33,207 nt of DNA from a virus (lineage: Duplodnaviria > Caudoviricetes): IMG/VR virus record IMGVR_UViG_3300012894_000037, positions 1-33,207 of that record. The stretch is one strand, 5' to 3'. Shown piece after piece: positions 8,457 to 18,238 of this stretch. The position numbers were made by a program, and so were the translations under genes. Position 1 is the first letter of the stretch, and every line of letters starts with the position of its first letter. The notes under the pieces were generated by a model that saw only the letters and a program-made list of their open reading frames with translations, was not told the DNA's origin and did no database searches.

Positions 8457-9083
8457 TCAGGGGGTGGCAGGTGGGGTGCTCGACACCTTCTGGCTGAAAG
8501 CAGAAGCGGCGTCGAGTTCTCCAAGGTAAGTGGGCAAGGCATGGGTGGGCGTGGCGAGTCCCCGCTCGACGAGGATCAGGTTCAGAAGATCGGAAGTTTG
8601 CCATACGAAGGCGGTCGGGCGGTTGTTTTCGTATTTCCCCGTCATTTCCAAGTACACGACAGAGCCCGGGGGCATGAAGTACTCAAGAGACTTTATGGCC
8701 GCAGCGTTGCGCTCGGGCAATACCTGAATGTTGGCCAGACGAATCTGCGTAGGGACAAAGTTCATCACGCCCTCTATCGTTTGCCCGTCGGCAACCTTAT
8801 CCACCCTGAACGCCACCAGGGGGGCAGTTTCAGGCAGCCTCAAATCAGGGGCGCTCAACATTTGCTTCACGGGTAGCGGACCATCCAACACGCCCGCCCT
8901 GGGAGTTGTGTCGTCAATCATTTTCTGGATTCTGACTTTATAAGCGCGAGCATCAGACGGATTGTTCAAGTCGTAGCACTGCTGAACCCGAACGCCAGCA
9001 ATCGTTGGATAAAAACAGCTCATCGTGCCCAGGCTCGTGCCTGAGCACCCTAAAAGAAGCAAGGCAATCAGTTTTCTTATCAT
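8457..9083 (-). CDS. Exported thermonuclease (SNase)-like protein with degenerate active site; moron
   Basis: Signal peptide MIRKLIALLLLGC; VDKVADGQTI, IRLANIQVLPE, RPTAFVW, LNLILVERGLA follow the SNase motif order; visibly lower GC; opposite strand. Confidence 0.7.
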   Translation of the reverse strand: MIRKLIALLLLGCSGTSLGTMSCFYPTIAGVRVQQCYDLNNPSDARAYKVRIQKMIDDTTPRAGVLDGPLPVKQMLSAPDLRLPETAPLVAFRVDKVADGQTIEGVMNFVPTQIRLANIQVLPERNAAAIKSLEYFMPPGSVVYLEMTGKYENNRPTAFVWQTSDLLNLILVERGLATPTHALPTYLGELDAASAFSQKVSSTPPATP

Positions 9084-9089
9084 ATCTGG

Positions 9090-9095
9090 ATGATA
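9090..9095 (-). promoter_or_regulatory. Putative -10 box of a leaderless transcript
   Basis: TATCAT-CCAGAT-ATG on the minus strand, no Shine-Dalgarno. Confidence 0.6.
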
Positions 9096-9149
9096 TAGCC
9101 GGATTTCTCTGAAAGCTGGGCATTTTTGTGTTTTACGAGGGGGTGACTC

Positions 9150-12100
9150 ATGGCAGACCTGAAAGACACGCTACAGCTCGACGTTACCCAGTATCTGAAG
9201 CAGCTCGACACCGTAGACAAGAAGATCGGCGACCTGTATCGCCCCCGCCCTTCGCCGCCGCTGCCGCCTGTTCCTCCTCTGCCGAATGGCGGCGGCGCTG
9301 GTGGCAACGGCAACCGGGGCGGGCAGAGCGCGGCGCAGAAAGAACTGACTGAACTGGCCAATCGACTCAAGATCGCGCAGAACGAGATCAAGCAGCTTGG
9401 GGCGGCGGCCACACCGGCCCAGCTCACCGCCTATGCCCAGCAGCTGGCCACGATTACCACACGTGCTCAGGCTCTTGGCCCGGGCCTGGCTGCTGGCAGC
9501 CGCGAAGCCCGGAATCTCAGTGGGCTGCTTCTCGGCCTTCAGGGCACAAGCGGACAGGTCGGCGCGGCCCTCAATGCCCTGGCACAAGGTCCACGCCCGG
9601 TCAACGATCCGGCCTTTCTGCGACAGCTGCGCCTGGAAATCACCAGCGTCAACAACCAGATCGCCACCGCGCGCAACAACTTCATCCAGCTCGACGGCGC
9701 GGCCACTCCCAGGCAGATCCGCGAACTGGTCAGACAGATGACCGATCTGAAGACCAAGGCGAACGATCTGGCCCGTGGTCTGCCGCAGGGGAGCGAGGAG
9801 CTGCGCCGCCTTTCCCTCGCCGCCGCCACTGCCGAGCGCAGCATCGCTGGTGCCACTGGGCAGATCAGCCGCCTGGGTCTGGCCTCGCAGGTGCGCTTGG
9901 GCACGACGGCGAGCCTGAACGACTTCCGGGGTCAGTTTCAGGGCGTGACGAGCGGCATCACGAACTTCGCCAGGTTCACTGACACCGCACGCCTGGCGTC
10001 GGCACTGTTCGATTCACAGCTGCGTCGCCAGAACATCGGATTCGACGAGGGACAGAAAGCTGTCACCGGCCTGAGCAACAAACTGAAGATCCTGCCCAGC
10101 CAGGCGCAAGACGCCATTCAGGTGCTCTTGCGTAACGGATTCGACCTGAATCAGGCTGTTGATGTTTTGAGCAGGGCTGGCGCCTCTGCAATTTCACGCG
10201 GACGCACTGCAGCCGACGGCGTCGATCTGTTTTCGCAGGCCATTCAAAGCCAGAGCAGCACCATGCTCAACTACATCGGAATCGCTGGCAACCTGAGTGA
10301 TTTCTACGTGCAGTACGGCAAACAGATCGGAAAAACCTCCAATACCCTGAATCAACAGGAGAAGGCCCAGGCGGCGGTCAACCTGGTCACGAAGGAAACC
10401 AACGAGGAACTTGCCAACCTGCCCCTGCTGCAGGCCAGCCTGTCCGGAGGGTTCAGTGATCTTTCGATCAGCTATCAGAACTTCCAGAAAACCATCGGCA
10501 AGAGCTTCATTCAGCCGGTGGCTGATACCGTTCAGGGCCTGAACAACGCCGTCTCCTACTTCTCGAAGCTCCCACCGGTAGTGCAGGACGGCACAGGAAA
10601 ACTGGTCATCTTCGGGGCAACCACGCTGGTGGTAGCGAAGCTGCTGCTGTTCGGCGTGCAGAACGTCTACGCCTTCAAAGCACAGATCCTCGGCATCGCC
10701 CCGGCTGCGGGAGGAGCGAACGCAGCACTCAGCATTTTCGGAGTCGGGATTGGCATCTTCCGGAAGTCGATCCAAGGTGCAGTTGCAGAAATAGGGCTGC
10801 TGAAGCTCGGCATCCTTGGGCTGGTCGCCCTCCCAGTGGCAGGCCTGACCGGCTACGCCGTCGGCCGACAGATCGGCGAGCTCGACACTGGCAAAGGCAC
10901 GGTCGATCAGAACGTCCAGTACGACGTCCTGACGCGCGACCGCACTCTTCAGAAGATCCTGGGCATCAGCCCGGCCGAGTCCGACGCGGCTGCTGCCCAG
11001 CTGGCCCGTGATATTGACGGCATCACGGCGAAAGCCGAGAAGCAATACGAGGCGGCACGGGTTAAGGGGGGAACCCTGTATGCCAGTTACATCAGGTCTG
11101 CCGGCAATGCCCGGGAACTCAGAACCGATGCCACGGCCCGCTACAACACAGCGCTAGAGACTGGCGATACGGCTGGCGAGGAGGCTGCCAAACGTCAGAT
11201 CGATCTCCTCAATCAGCAGATCCGCAAGATCGACCAGGCGGCCGCAGCTCTCCTGAAAAAGAAGGCCGTCACCAAGGCCGATGAAACCTCGACCGTTGCT
11301 CAGGACGAGGCCTATGAGAAGCTGGTCGGCTCACTCTCTAACCTGGGCCAGCAGTTCGGAGCGGTCAAAACCACTGAATTCCAGGGGCAGCTGGTCGCCG
11401 CGCAGAAGGCCTTCGACACCTTCCAGGGCAACATCACCAAAGCCTTGAAGGCCGGAGACATCACCGCCAAGCAAGGTGCGGCCCTTCGGGAACAGTTCAG
11501 GACAGGTACGCAAAACATCGTCCCCAACCTCGTGCAGCGCCAGCTCGACAGCAACAAGGAGGCCACTCTCACCGGTCAGCGCGATCTGGAAGCGGCCCGG
11601 ATCGCTTTGATCCGCGATGCCCGGGGCAAGCGCGAGGGCGAGCTGACCATCGAAACGGAGCGTATCCGCGACGAGTACAAGAAGCGGATCGACGAGGCCA
11701 ACCAGAATGCGGGGGCCAGGGGGCTTTCTACCGGCCAGGGCAAGGCGCTGGCGGCCGAGGCCGTGCGCCTGGAAGGCGAGCGTGACGAGAAGATCCGGCT
11801 GGCCCGGGAGGGGGCGAACCGCGAGCTTGAAACTCTGGAGCGCGAGTCCCAGGGCAAGGTGCTCGATGCCCAGCGGGCCAGCCTGCAGGAACAGATTAAT
11901 GTCATCACCACGGGTACGTCGGAGCTCGAGCAGCAGCGTGACCGAGCATTGTCCCGGACGTCCGACCCGGGCCGGCAGTTGGCCATCGAGCGGCAGTATC
12001 AGACCCAATTGCTGGATCTGAAGCGGCAGGGCATCGAAGCGAACCGGGTGCTGGCCGAGCAGGCGGCCACCCGGCAGCTTTCGGATGACCTGTTTGCGGC

Positions 12101-15059
12101 AAAGGATGCTGGCGACCGGCGGGTCCAGCTGGAGACCGAGGCCCGAGACCGCTATGCCCTCGCCATTCGCGCGATTGAAACCGGCGCCCGAACCCAGACC
12201 AACGTGGAGGTACTGGCCCTAGAAACCCGCCAGAACGAAGCCCTGGCGAAGATCTACCAGCGCGACGTGGAACGGGTATTGAAAGGCATCAAGGATGTTG
12301 AGGGGGCGGAGCTGATCAGCCTGAAGCGGCGGCTCCAGGCTCGACTGGCGACTGCACAGGCTTCAGGCAATGCCCCACTCCAGCAGGTGGTTCAAGGGGC
12401 CCTGGACACCGTCACGGGGCAGATGGTGCAGAACGCCTCGGACTTTCACGATCGTCTGGTGCAGAGCCGGCAGGCGGCAACCGACCTTCAGGACAAGCTG
12501 GCCGACGTGGCTCGCACTCCACTCCAGAAGGCCGAGCACACCGCCGCCAGCCCGTTCAATGACATCCTTAAAAGCGCCCAGGGCGACCTGGACACCTTGC
12601 GAAAAGCCTTCGGAAAGATCGCCGACCCAACCCCTGAGCAGGTCACGGCGTTCCGCAGCCAGCAAGCCACCCTGACGGGGATCATTCGCGGAGCCAACCA
12701 GGAGCGCAATCAGGCGATCCTGACGGCCGACCAGACCTTCTACCGAGCCCGAGACGACAAGGCCGCCGAGGCCGCCCTCAAGCTCGGCAAGACCCAGTTC
12801 GACAACGAGACGCTCACCGGAGCTGGGTACACCCGCCTCCTGAACGCCGATCGCCAGTACTGGACCCGGCGCCTTGCGGTAGCGGTGAAAGGTTCGGCCG
12901 ATGAGGACACGGTTCAGCAGCGGCTGGCCGACAACCAGTCGGAGCGGGACCGCATCCGAGACGTGACGCTGGCTCGGCAGACTGATGGCCGGTCGCTGAC
13001 CCGGGAAGAGCTGGAGTCACAACTGGCTCTGGCCAAGACCGAGGCTGAACGCGTTCGGCTCCGGAAGCAGCTGGTGGATGGGGACAGCACGCGGCTCGCG
13101 CAGGTGGACCGCGAACTGGCGACGCTCAATGCCACCGGCGGCAAGATTGAGGACATTCGCAAGCTGGAGCGCGAGCGCCTAACCTTGCGGGGCAACCTCA
13201 ATACGGCGACCGAGGAGGGCCGCCAGCGAGATGCTGACAGCCGGACCTTCGTCCGCGAGCAGCTGGTCGGAGAACTGGCAATCACCAAGACTGAGGACGA
13301 GCGGGCCCGCCTTCGAGGGCAGATCCTGGCCGGGGATCGCCTGCGGCTGCTGACCGTTCAGACCGAACTGGCCGGGCAAATCGCCCTGGGTGGGCCAGTC
13401 GAGCGTATCCGTGCCCTCAAGGATGAGCAGCTCAAGCTCGAAACGGACATCAACACCCAGCAGGAAGAACAGCAGCAGCGAACCGACAAGCTGGTCGCCT
13501 CTCAGCTCAGCCTGGCAGCAGCCGAAGGGCAGCGGCAGGCCGCCATGGCCCGCAGCAATGCCGAGGTGGCTGCTTCAAAGGTGGCCGCTGTAGGGCAGGC
13601 CTCGCAGGACCTGGGGGATGTGGACGGTCGAATCGCCAAGGCCCGAGCAGATGGGAAGGCCCAGTCCGAGATCAATGACCTGCTGACCGAACGCGAAGGC
13701 AAGGTCACAGCGCTTTACCAGGCGCAGCGGGATGCGGCCCGCTTCGGCGTCGAGGTGGCTCAGCAGCAGCTGGACCTGGACGAGGCCAGAGTCCGAGCGG
13801 TGGCTCAGATCACCGGGTCGGCGGATGACGCGGTGGCCAGCGCAGTGATCGACCTCGACGTGACCCGGAAGCAGGTCGAATTCATCGACCAGCAACTGGC
13901 CAACCGGGACAAGCTCAAGCTCACAGACACCGATATCAACGACCTGCAGGTCAAGCGCCTCGGACTGCTCGGACAGGAGGCCGAACAGCAGCGCAAGCTC
14001 ATCGAAGCCGAGCGGCAGCGGCGGGATCTGATCGAGAACGTCAACCTGGGCGCCGGGACGCTCGGACGGGAAGCTGCTGGTGGGAGTCCAGGCACCCGCG
14101 CGCTGTCGGACGCCGAAGGCGCCGTGGCCGATGCCCGCACCCGGCTTGCTCAGGCGACCCGCGCCTACAGCGAAGCCCAGGCGGACCTGAGCAAGAATCA
14201 ATCCAGCAGCAACATCCAGAAGTTCGGCCAGGCCCAGGACGCCCTCACCAGCCAGATCGCCAATCAGCGGAAAGCCGTCGAAGGGCTGGCCTCGGCCTAC
14301 CGTGGGCAGCTGTCCAGCATGGACGGCGTTCGGGACGCGACCGAGAAACTGCGGGCCGTGGTGCCTGGGAGCACACCGGACGGCAAGATCGCGCAGGGCG
14401 ATGAGGGACAGGCCTACGAGCGCCTGTACGCCATCCAGGCCCGCCGCGATCAGGCCCTCAAGCAGGTGCAGGAGGCCATCAGAAGCGGAGACGCCAAGCT
14501 GATCGCTTCGAGCACCCAGGAATTGACTGCTCAGCAGGATCGCTACAACAAACAGGGTGATCTGCTGAAGAAAAACGGCTTGCAGTTCACGCCGTCCAAT
14601 GACACCGGCCTGAAGGACACCCTGAAACAGCTCGACAAGTTGGGTGTGACGTACGACCAGGAGGCCATCAACCTCCAGCAACGGGCGGCGGCCGCGGACA
14701 AGGAATCGGAAGCGGCCATGACCTTCAGCTCGGCCACCGACCGCCTGCCGGACATCTTCAGCACCGGCGCCCAGCAGATTCAGGACGCGATCTTCCGCGG
14801 CGTGAACTACATGCTCCAGTCGATCCGAAGCCCCACGATCAGCAGTCCCACCGTCCCGGCCACGGCGGGCAGCACCTACTCCAGAGGAGGCGACACCATC
14901 ACCTACAACGTCGAAACCCACGTCCACCCAGCACCGGGCCAGCAGCTGGGCCTAGATGACGTGCAGCGGGCGGTGGAACGGGGCATTGATGACCGCATTG
15001 GGGCGGCCCGGCAGCAGAAAGCCTGGAGCGCCAGCAACTGTAAGCCTGGTGGCGGCTGA
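9150..15059 (+). CDS. Tape measure protein
   Basis: 1969 aa, Ala/Gln/Leu-rich coiled coil, hydrophobic segment ~10600-10865, C-terminal GGDTITYNVETHV motif; GAGGGGG RBS. Confidence 0.92.
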   Translation: MADLKDTLQLDVTQYLKQLDTVDKKIGDLYRPRPSPPLPPVPPLPNGGGAGGNGNRGGQSAAQKELTELANRLKIAQNEIKQLGAAATPAQLTAYAQQLATITTRAQALGPGLAAGSREARNLSGLLLGLQGTSGQVGAALNALAQGPRPVNDPAFLRQLRLEITSVNNQIATARNNFIQLDGAATPRQIRELVRQMTDLKTKANDLARGLPQGSEELRRLSLAAATAERSIAGATGQISRLGLASQVRLGTTASLNDFRGQFQGVTSGITNFARFTDTARLASALFDSQLRRQNIGFDEGQKAVTGLSNKLKILPSQAQDAIQVLLRNGFDLNQAVDVLSRAGASAISRGRTAADGVDLFSQAIQSQSSTMLNYIGIAGNLSDFYVQYGKQIGKTSNTLNQQEKAQAAVNLVTKETNEELANLPLLQASLSGGFSDLSISYQNFQKTIGKSFIQPVADTVQGLNNAVSYFSKLPPVVQDGTGKLVIFGATTLVVAKLLLFGVQNVYAFKAQILGIAPAAGGANAALSIFGVGIGIFRKSIQGAVAEIGLLKLGILGLVALPVAGLTGYAVGRQIGELDTGKGTVDQNVQYDVLTRDRTLQKILGISPAESDAAAAQLARDIDGITAKAEKQYEAARVKGGTLYASYIRSAGNARELRTDATARYNTALETGDTAGEEAAKRQIDLLNQQIRKIDQAAAALLKKKAVTKADETSTVAQDEAYEKLVGSLSNLGQQFGAVKTTEFQGQLVAAQKAFDTFQGNITKALKAGDITAKQGAALREQFRTGTQNIVPNLVQRQLDSNKEATLTGQRDLEAARIALIRDARGKREGELTIETERIRDEYKKRIDEANQNAGARGLSTGQGKALAAEAVRLEGERDEKIRLAREGANRELETLERESQGKVLDAQRASLQEQINVITTGTSELEQQRDRALSRTSDPGRQLAIERQYQTQLLDLKRQGIEANRVLAEQAATRQLSDDLFAAKDAGDRRVQLETEARDRYALAIRAIETGARTQTNVEVLALETRQNEALAKIYQRDVERVLKGIKDVEGAELISLKRRLQARLATAQASGNAPLQQVVQGALDTVTGQMVQNASDFHDRLVQSRQAATDLQDKLADVARTPLQKAEHTAASPFNDILKSAQGDLDTLRKAFGKIADPTPEQVTAFRSQQATLTGIIRGANQERNQAILTADQTFYRARDDKAAEAALKLGKTQFDNETLTGAGYTRLLNADRQYWTRRLAVAVKGSADEDTVQQRLADNQSERDRIRDVTLARQTDGRSLTREELESQLALAKTEAERVRLRKQLVDGDSTRLAQVDRELATLNATGGKIEDIRKLERERLTLRGNLNTATEEGRQRDADSRTFVREQLVGELAITKTEDERARLRGQILAGDRLRLLTVQTELAGQIALGGPVERIRALKDEQLKLETDINTQQEEQQQRTDKLVASQLSLAAAEGQRQAAMARSNAEVAASKVAAVGQASQDLGDVDGRIAKARADGKAQSEINDLLTEREGKVTALYQAQRDAARFGVEVAQQQLDLDEARVRAVAQITGSADDAVASAVIDLDVTRKQVEFIDQQLANRDKLKLTDTDINDLQVKRLGLLGQEAEQQRKLIEAERQRRDLIENVNLGAGTLGREAAGGSPGTRALSDAEGAVADARTRLAQATRAYSEAQADLSKNQSSSNIQKFGQAQDALTSQIANQRKAVEGLASAYRGQLSSMDGVRDATEKLRAVVPGSTPDGKIAQGDEGQAYERLYAIQARRDQALKQVQEAIRSGDAKLIASSTQELTAQQDRYNKQGDLLKKNGLQFTPSNDTGLKDTLKQLDKLGVTYDQEAINLQQRAAAADKESEAAMTFSSATDRLPDIFSTGAQQIQDAIFRGVNYMLQSIRSPTISSPTVPATAGSTYSRGGDTITYNVETHVHPAPGQQLGLDDVQRAVERGIDDRIGAARQQKAWSASNCKPGGG

Positions 15060-15478
15060 TGCCCCTCTTCCCGCACGTGTTCAGGGTGCAGACGCCGGGC
15101 GGCCTTGTCGATCTGGCGGGCTTTGAAGTGCCACCAGAGGCGGTCGTCAGTACGGTCGAGCGGCCGGCCGAGGTGGTACAGCTGATCGACGGGCGCGGCG
15201 TGCCGCGTGTGGCCAGCAGCAGCACACTGACCCGCCTGCGGATTTCCAGCCCCGAGGGCTTCGGGTTACCGGGCGATCGCGCAGCGCTGCTGAAGCAACT
15301 GCACATCGGACACAGCTGCACCGTGACCGAGAACCTCACCGACCGTGAGGCGCTCACCGTCTGGACGGACGCCCTCGTTTGGGTCGCCCCGGTCGTGACC
15401 CGCATCGGGTACGACCCGGGCACGAACACCGAGTACTACAGCTACCAGCTGGAATTCATCAGCACGGAGGTCTCATGA
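15059..15478 (+). CDS. Putative distal tail (Dit-position) protein
   Basis: TGATG overlap with tape measure; 139 aa beta-rich, ending YSYQLEFI. Confidence 0.5.
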   Translation: MPLFPHVFRVQTPGGLVDLAGFEVPPEAVVSTVERPAEVVQLIDGRGVPRVASSSTLTRLRISSPEGFGLPGDRAALLKQLHIGHSCTVTENLTDREALTVWTDALVWVAPVVTRIGYDPGTNTEYYSYQLEFISTEVS

Positions 15479-15825
15479 CGAAAACCCTCGCATTTCTCAA
15501 CCCGGACGGCTCCCCAATTGACAGCACCACCTTCGGGAGCGTGCTGCCCGGCACGAACTCGGTCAGTCGCTCACTGATCCTGCAAAACACCGGCAACGAG
15601 TCGATCCCGAGCGTCCGCATGTGGATCGAGCAGGCGTCCACCGCAGACGGCGAGTATCACGCGACGGTGGGCAGTCTCGCACTGACTGGCACGGCTCAGG
15701 AGGTGCTCAGCGTGCCGCTCGATCCGGGCGCGAGCGTCGCCCTGACCGAGTACGTCAGCACCCCGGCTGGCCTGAGCAACACCGGCCCGGACAGCGCCAC
15801 GCTCGTCTTCGAGTTCGATCAGTAA
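15475..15825 (+). CDS. Small Ig-like minor tail protein
   Basis: GGAGG RBS and ATGA overlap; FGSVLPG...LILQNTGN...LDPGASVAL Ig-like pattern. Confidence 0.55.
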   Translation: MTKTLAFLNPDGSPIDSTTFGSVLPGTNSVSRSLILQNTGNESIPSVRMWIEQASTADGEYHATVGSLALTGTAQEVLSVPLDPGASVALTEYVSTPAGLSNTGPDSATLVFEFDQ

Positions 15826-15846
15826 CACGCCACCGGGAGGTGAACC

Positions 15847-18201
15847 ATGCCGATCATTCTGAGCAGACCCCCGGAGAAGTTTCGGGGAACGCGGGCGGTC
15901 ACGTGGACCTCCCGAGCGGTGGTGCAGGGCGAGCGCCTCGTCACGTGGACGTCGGCGAGCACCGTGCGCGGCGAGCTGGCCGTCACGTGGACGAGCGTTC
16001 ACCCGGTGCAGGGCACGCGTCAGCTCACGTGGTCGAGCGCCCGGGTCGTGCAGGGCGCCAGGCCGATCACCTGGACCAGCAGGCCGACCGTGGTGCGCGG
16101 TACCCGGACCGTCACCTGGGAAGGCAGCCGCCCGGTCCAGGGGCGCCGGACCGTCACCTGGAACGTGCCTGACGCCTGGCCTGTACGGGTGCGGCAGGGC
16201 CAGCGCGCCCGCGTGCCCTCTATCCGGAGCAACGCCGGGCAGGTGGTCAGTGCGCAGTACTCGCACACTGGCACGCGCGAGTCGCTCAACCTCACCGTCC
16301 TGGGGCGCGTCACTCCACAGGTGCAACTTTCCCTCACCGTGAGCGACGCCGGCAGCGTGTCGGTGGTGCTCGACGGCGACCTGTTCCAGTACGAGCCGCG
16401 CCGCACGCCGACCGGTTGGGTCACGACCCTGCACGGCTACAACAAGGCCGCCAGCAGGCTCGGCAGCGTGCGGCTCGACGAGCTGATTCCCTGGCAACTG
16501 AGCCCGACGCCACTGCCCGACCGGCGCGTGCCCTGTGCGGCGAGACTGAAACCGCAGTCGACGAGCGTCTCGGGCATCGTCACCGAGGCGTTCAAGTCGG
16601 CGGGCATGCTGCTCAGCTTCCCGGCGCGCGATCCGTTCACTGGATTGACCTTCGAGGAGGGCACGCGGGAGTATTCGACGCTCAACAAAACGCCCGATCA
16701 GGTCTTCGCCGACACCTACGGTCAGATCGGCTGGGCGTACGTGGTGCGCGGGCAGATCGCCGCCGCGCTTCCGGCCGGGGGCGGATACCTCTCCGGCACC
16801 GTGAGGGTGGACGATCTGGCCGACCTGTCCCAGCGCTTCGAGGCGGCCAACACGCCGAGCCTCGTGACCGCGACCGGGGCGGATCTGCTGATGGACAAGC
16901 CTGACCTCATTCAGCTCGTCTCTTCGGCTCCCGACCCGGCGAGCCTGCAGCGCGAACTGCTGCAGGAGGCCGAGTGGTTCGTCACCACGGCGACCGACAC
17001 CGGCGAGACGATCAAGGGCTTCCGGAAGAGCCTGGGCGTGATCGTCGCGACCGCCGAACTGACGCGCAGCGACGTGACCGTGCAGGAAACGGTGGACGGG
17101 CAGCTTAAGACGCGAACCTTCAGCCGGGTCGTCACCGGGTTCACCAGCACCGAGACGACCTATGACCCGTCCTGCACCGACGCGGTGATCCGGCAAACAA
17201 CCATCAAGCAATCGTTCAGCTACACACTCAACACCGACACCCACTCGCGGGTCTTGAGCGGCCCCGGGTTCATCGGCGGCTACGAGGTGGGCACGCCCCT
17301 GGGTGACGAGACGCAGACGGTCTTCCAGACGTACAGCCCGGAAGGCTACCTCGCCTCCCGCACCACCAACACCCAGAAGCTCGTCAGCGTGAAGCAGGAG
17401 AACGCCGACGCCGCGCCGAAGGACCGGGGCGAGATCACGCCGAACGAATACCTCGACACGGTGCTCAGCGAGACCTTCCAGCCGACCGGAGGCGGCGACT
17501 GGCTGCGCCTCTGGAATCTCTCGGGAGCGCAGCAGGTGCCGCTGTACGACGCCGAGAGTGGCGACGCGGTGCGGCTGAGCACCAAAGGCGGCGCGGTGAA
17601 CGGCGGGCAGGAGACGCTCGACAGCGCGCCGCCCCAGGTGCGCTGCCCGGACCCCTGCGCGGGCCGGAAGGCGGCGTACCCGCAGGTGGCGCGGCGCTCG
17701 GTTCCGGACGGCCGCGAGGGGCAGGAGGTGAGCCGGTCGCTGCCGTTCGTGGAGAGTGGTCAGCTGCTCGACAGCTTCGCGGCCGGCATTGCCGAGAGCC
17801 TCAGCCCGACCGTGGGCACCGACGCGACGCTCGCCTCTGTGCAGGACTGGCGACCCGGCACCACGCTCGGCGGTGAACTCGACGGCGTGGTGGAGTCGTA
17901 CACCCTCGACGCGGCGGCAGGCATGGCGACGGTCAAGCTGACGGCCCGGAAGCTCAACCCCACTGGGAGTGAGGCGCTGACCGGCGAGACCGGCCCGGGG
18001 CCCTACCGGGACCTCGTGACATGGCGACTGCCGGGCGGCGTGGTCGTGAACCATTTCAAGGGCGTGAAGGACAACGTGCCGCAGTTCGACCGGGTCTTCG
18101 TGCGCGTGACCGGGGCGAACCTGCCGAACCCAGGCGACGAACTCGAGTGGCGCCGAGATCTGCGCTTCGGACCGACTGCAACAGGCAACTACGGGAACTG
18201 A
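15847..18201 (+). CDS. Putative tail tip/hub protein with N-terminal 14-aa repeats
   Basis: 784 aa; GGAGGTGAACCATG start; late motif WRPGTTL...VVESYTLD typical of hub proteins; synteny. Confidence 0.55.
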   Translation: MPIILSRPPEKFRGTRAVTWTSRAVVQGERLVTWTSASTVRGELAVTWTSVHPVQGTRQLTWSSARVVQGARPITWTSRPTVVRGTRTVTWEGSRPVQGRRTVTWNVPDAWPVRVRQGQRARVPSIRSNAGQVVSAQYSHTGTRESLNLTVLGRVTPQVQLSLTVSDAGSVSVVLDGDLFQYEPRRTPTGWVTTLHGYNKAASRLGSVRLDELIPWQLSPTPLPDRRVPCAARLKPQSTSVSGIVTEAFKSAGMLLSFPARDPFTGLTFEEGTREYSTLNKTPDQVFADTYGQIGWAYVVRGQIAAALPAGGGYLSGTVRVDDLADLSQRFEAANTPSLVTATGADLLMDKPDLIQLVSSAPDPASLQRELLQEAEWFVTTATDTGETIKGFRKSLGVIVATAELTRSDVTVQETVDGQLKTRTFSRVVTGFTSTETTYDPSCTDAVIRQTTIKQSFSYTLNTDTHSRVLSGPGFIGGYEVGTPLGDETQTVFQTYSPEGYLASRTTNTQKLVSVKQENADAAPKDRGEITPNEYLDTVLSETFQPTGGGDWLRLWNLSGAQQVPLYDAESGDAVRLSTKGGAVNGGQETLDSAPPQVRCPDPCAGRKAAYPQVARRSVPDGREGQEVSRSLPFVESGQLLDSFAAGIAESLSPTVGTDATLASVQDWRPGTTLGGELDGVVESYTLDAAAGMATVKLTARKLNPTGSEALTGETGPGPYRDLVTWRLPGGVVVNHFKGVKDNVPQFDRVFVRVTGANLPNPGDELEWRRDLRFGPTATGNYGN
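15880..16176 (+). repeat. Seven ~42-bp coding repeats (V[QR]GxRxVTWxSxxx)
   Basis: FRGTRAVTWTSRAV / VQGERLVTWTSAST / VRGELAVTWTSVHP / VQGTRQLTWSSARV / VQGARPITWTSRPTV / VRGTRTVTWEGSRP / VQGRRTVTWNVPDA. Confidence 0.9.
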
Positions 18202-18238
18202 TCTCCGGACATCGAACATCGAACACAGGAGGTGAACC

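Noticed and set aside
15040-15059. C-terminal Gly-Gly on the tape measure and on the HhH protein as ubiquitin-like tails
   Set aside because: Explained by G-rich initiation regions of the overlapping next gene; no E1/E2/JAB genes in the window
18209-18225. ACATCGA tandem repeat as an SOS or operator site
   Set aside because: GAAC spacing fits no LexA box I know; only 2.4 copies inside an operon
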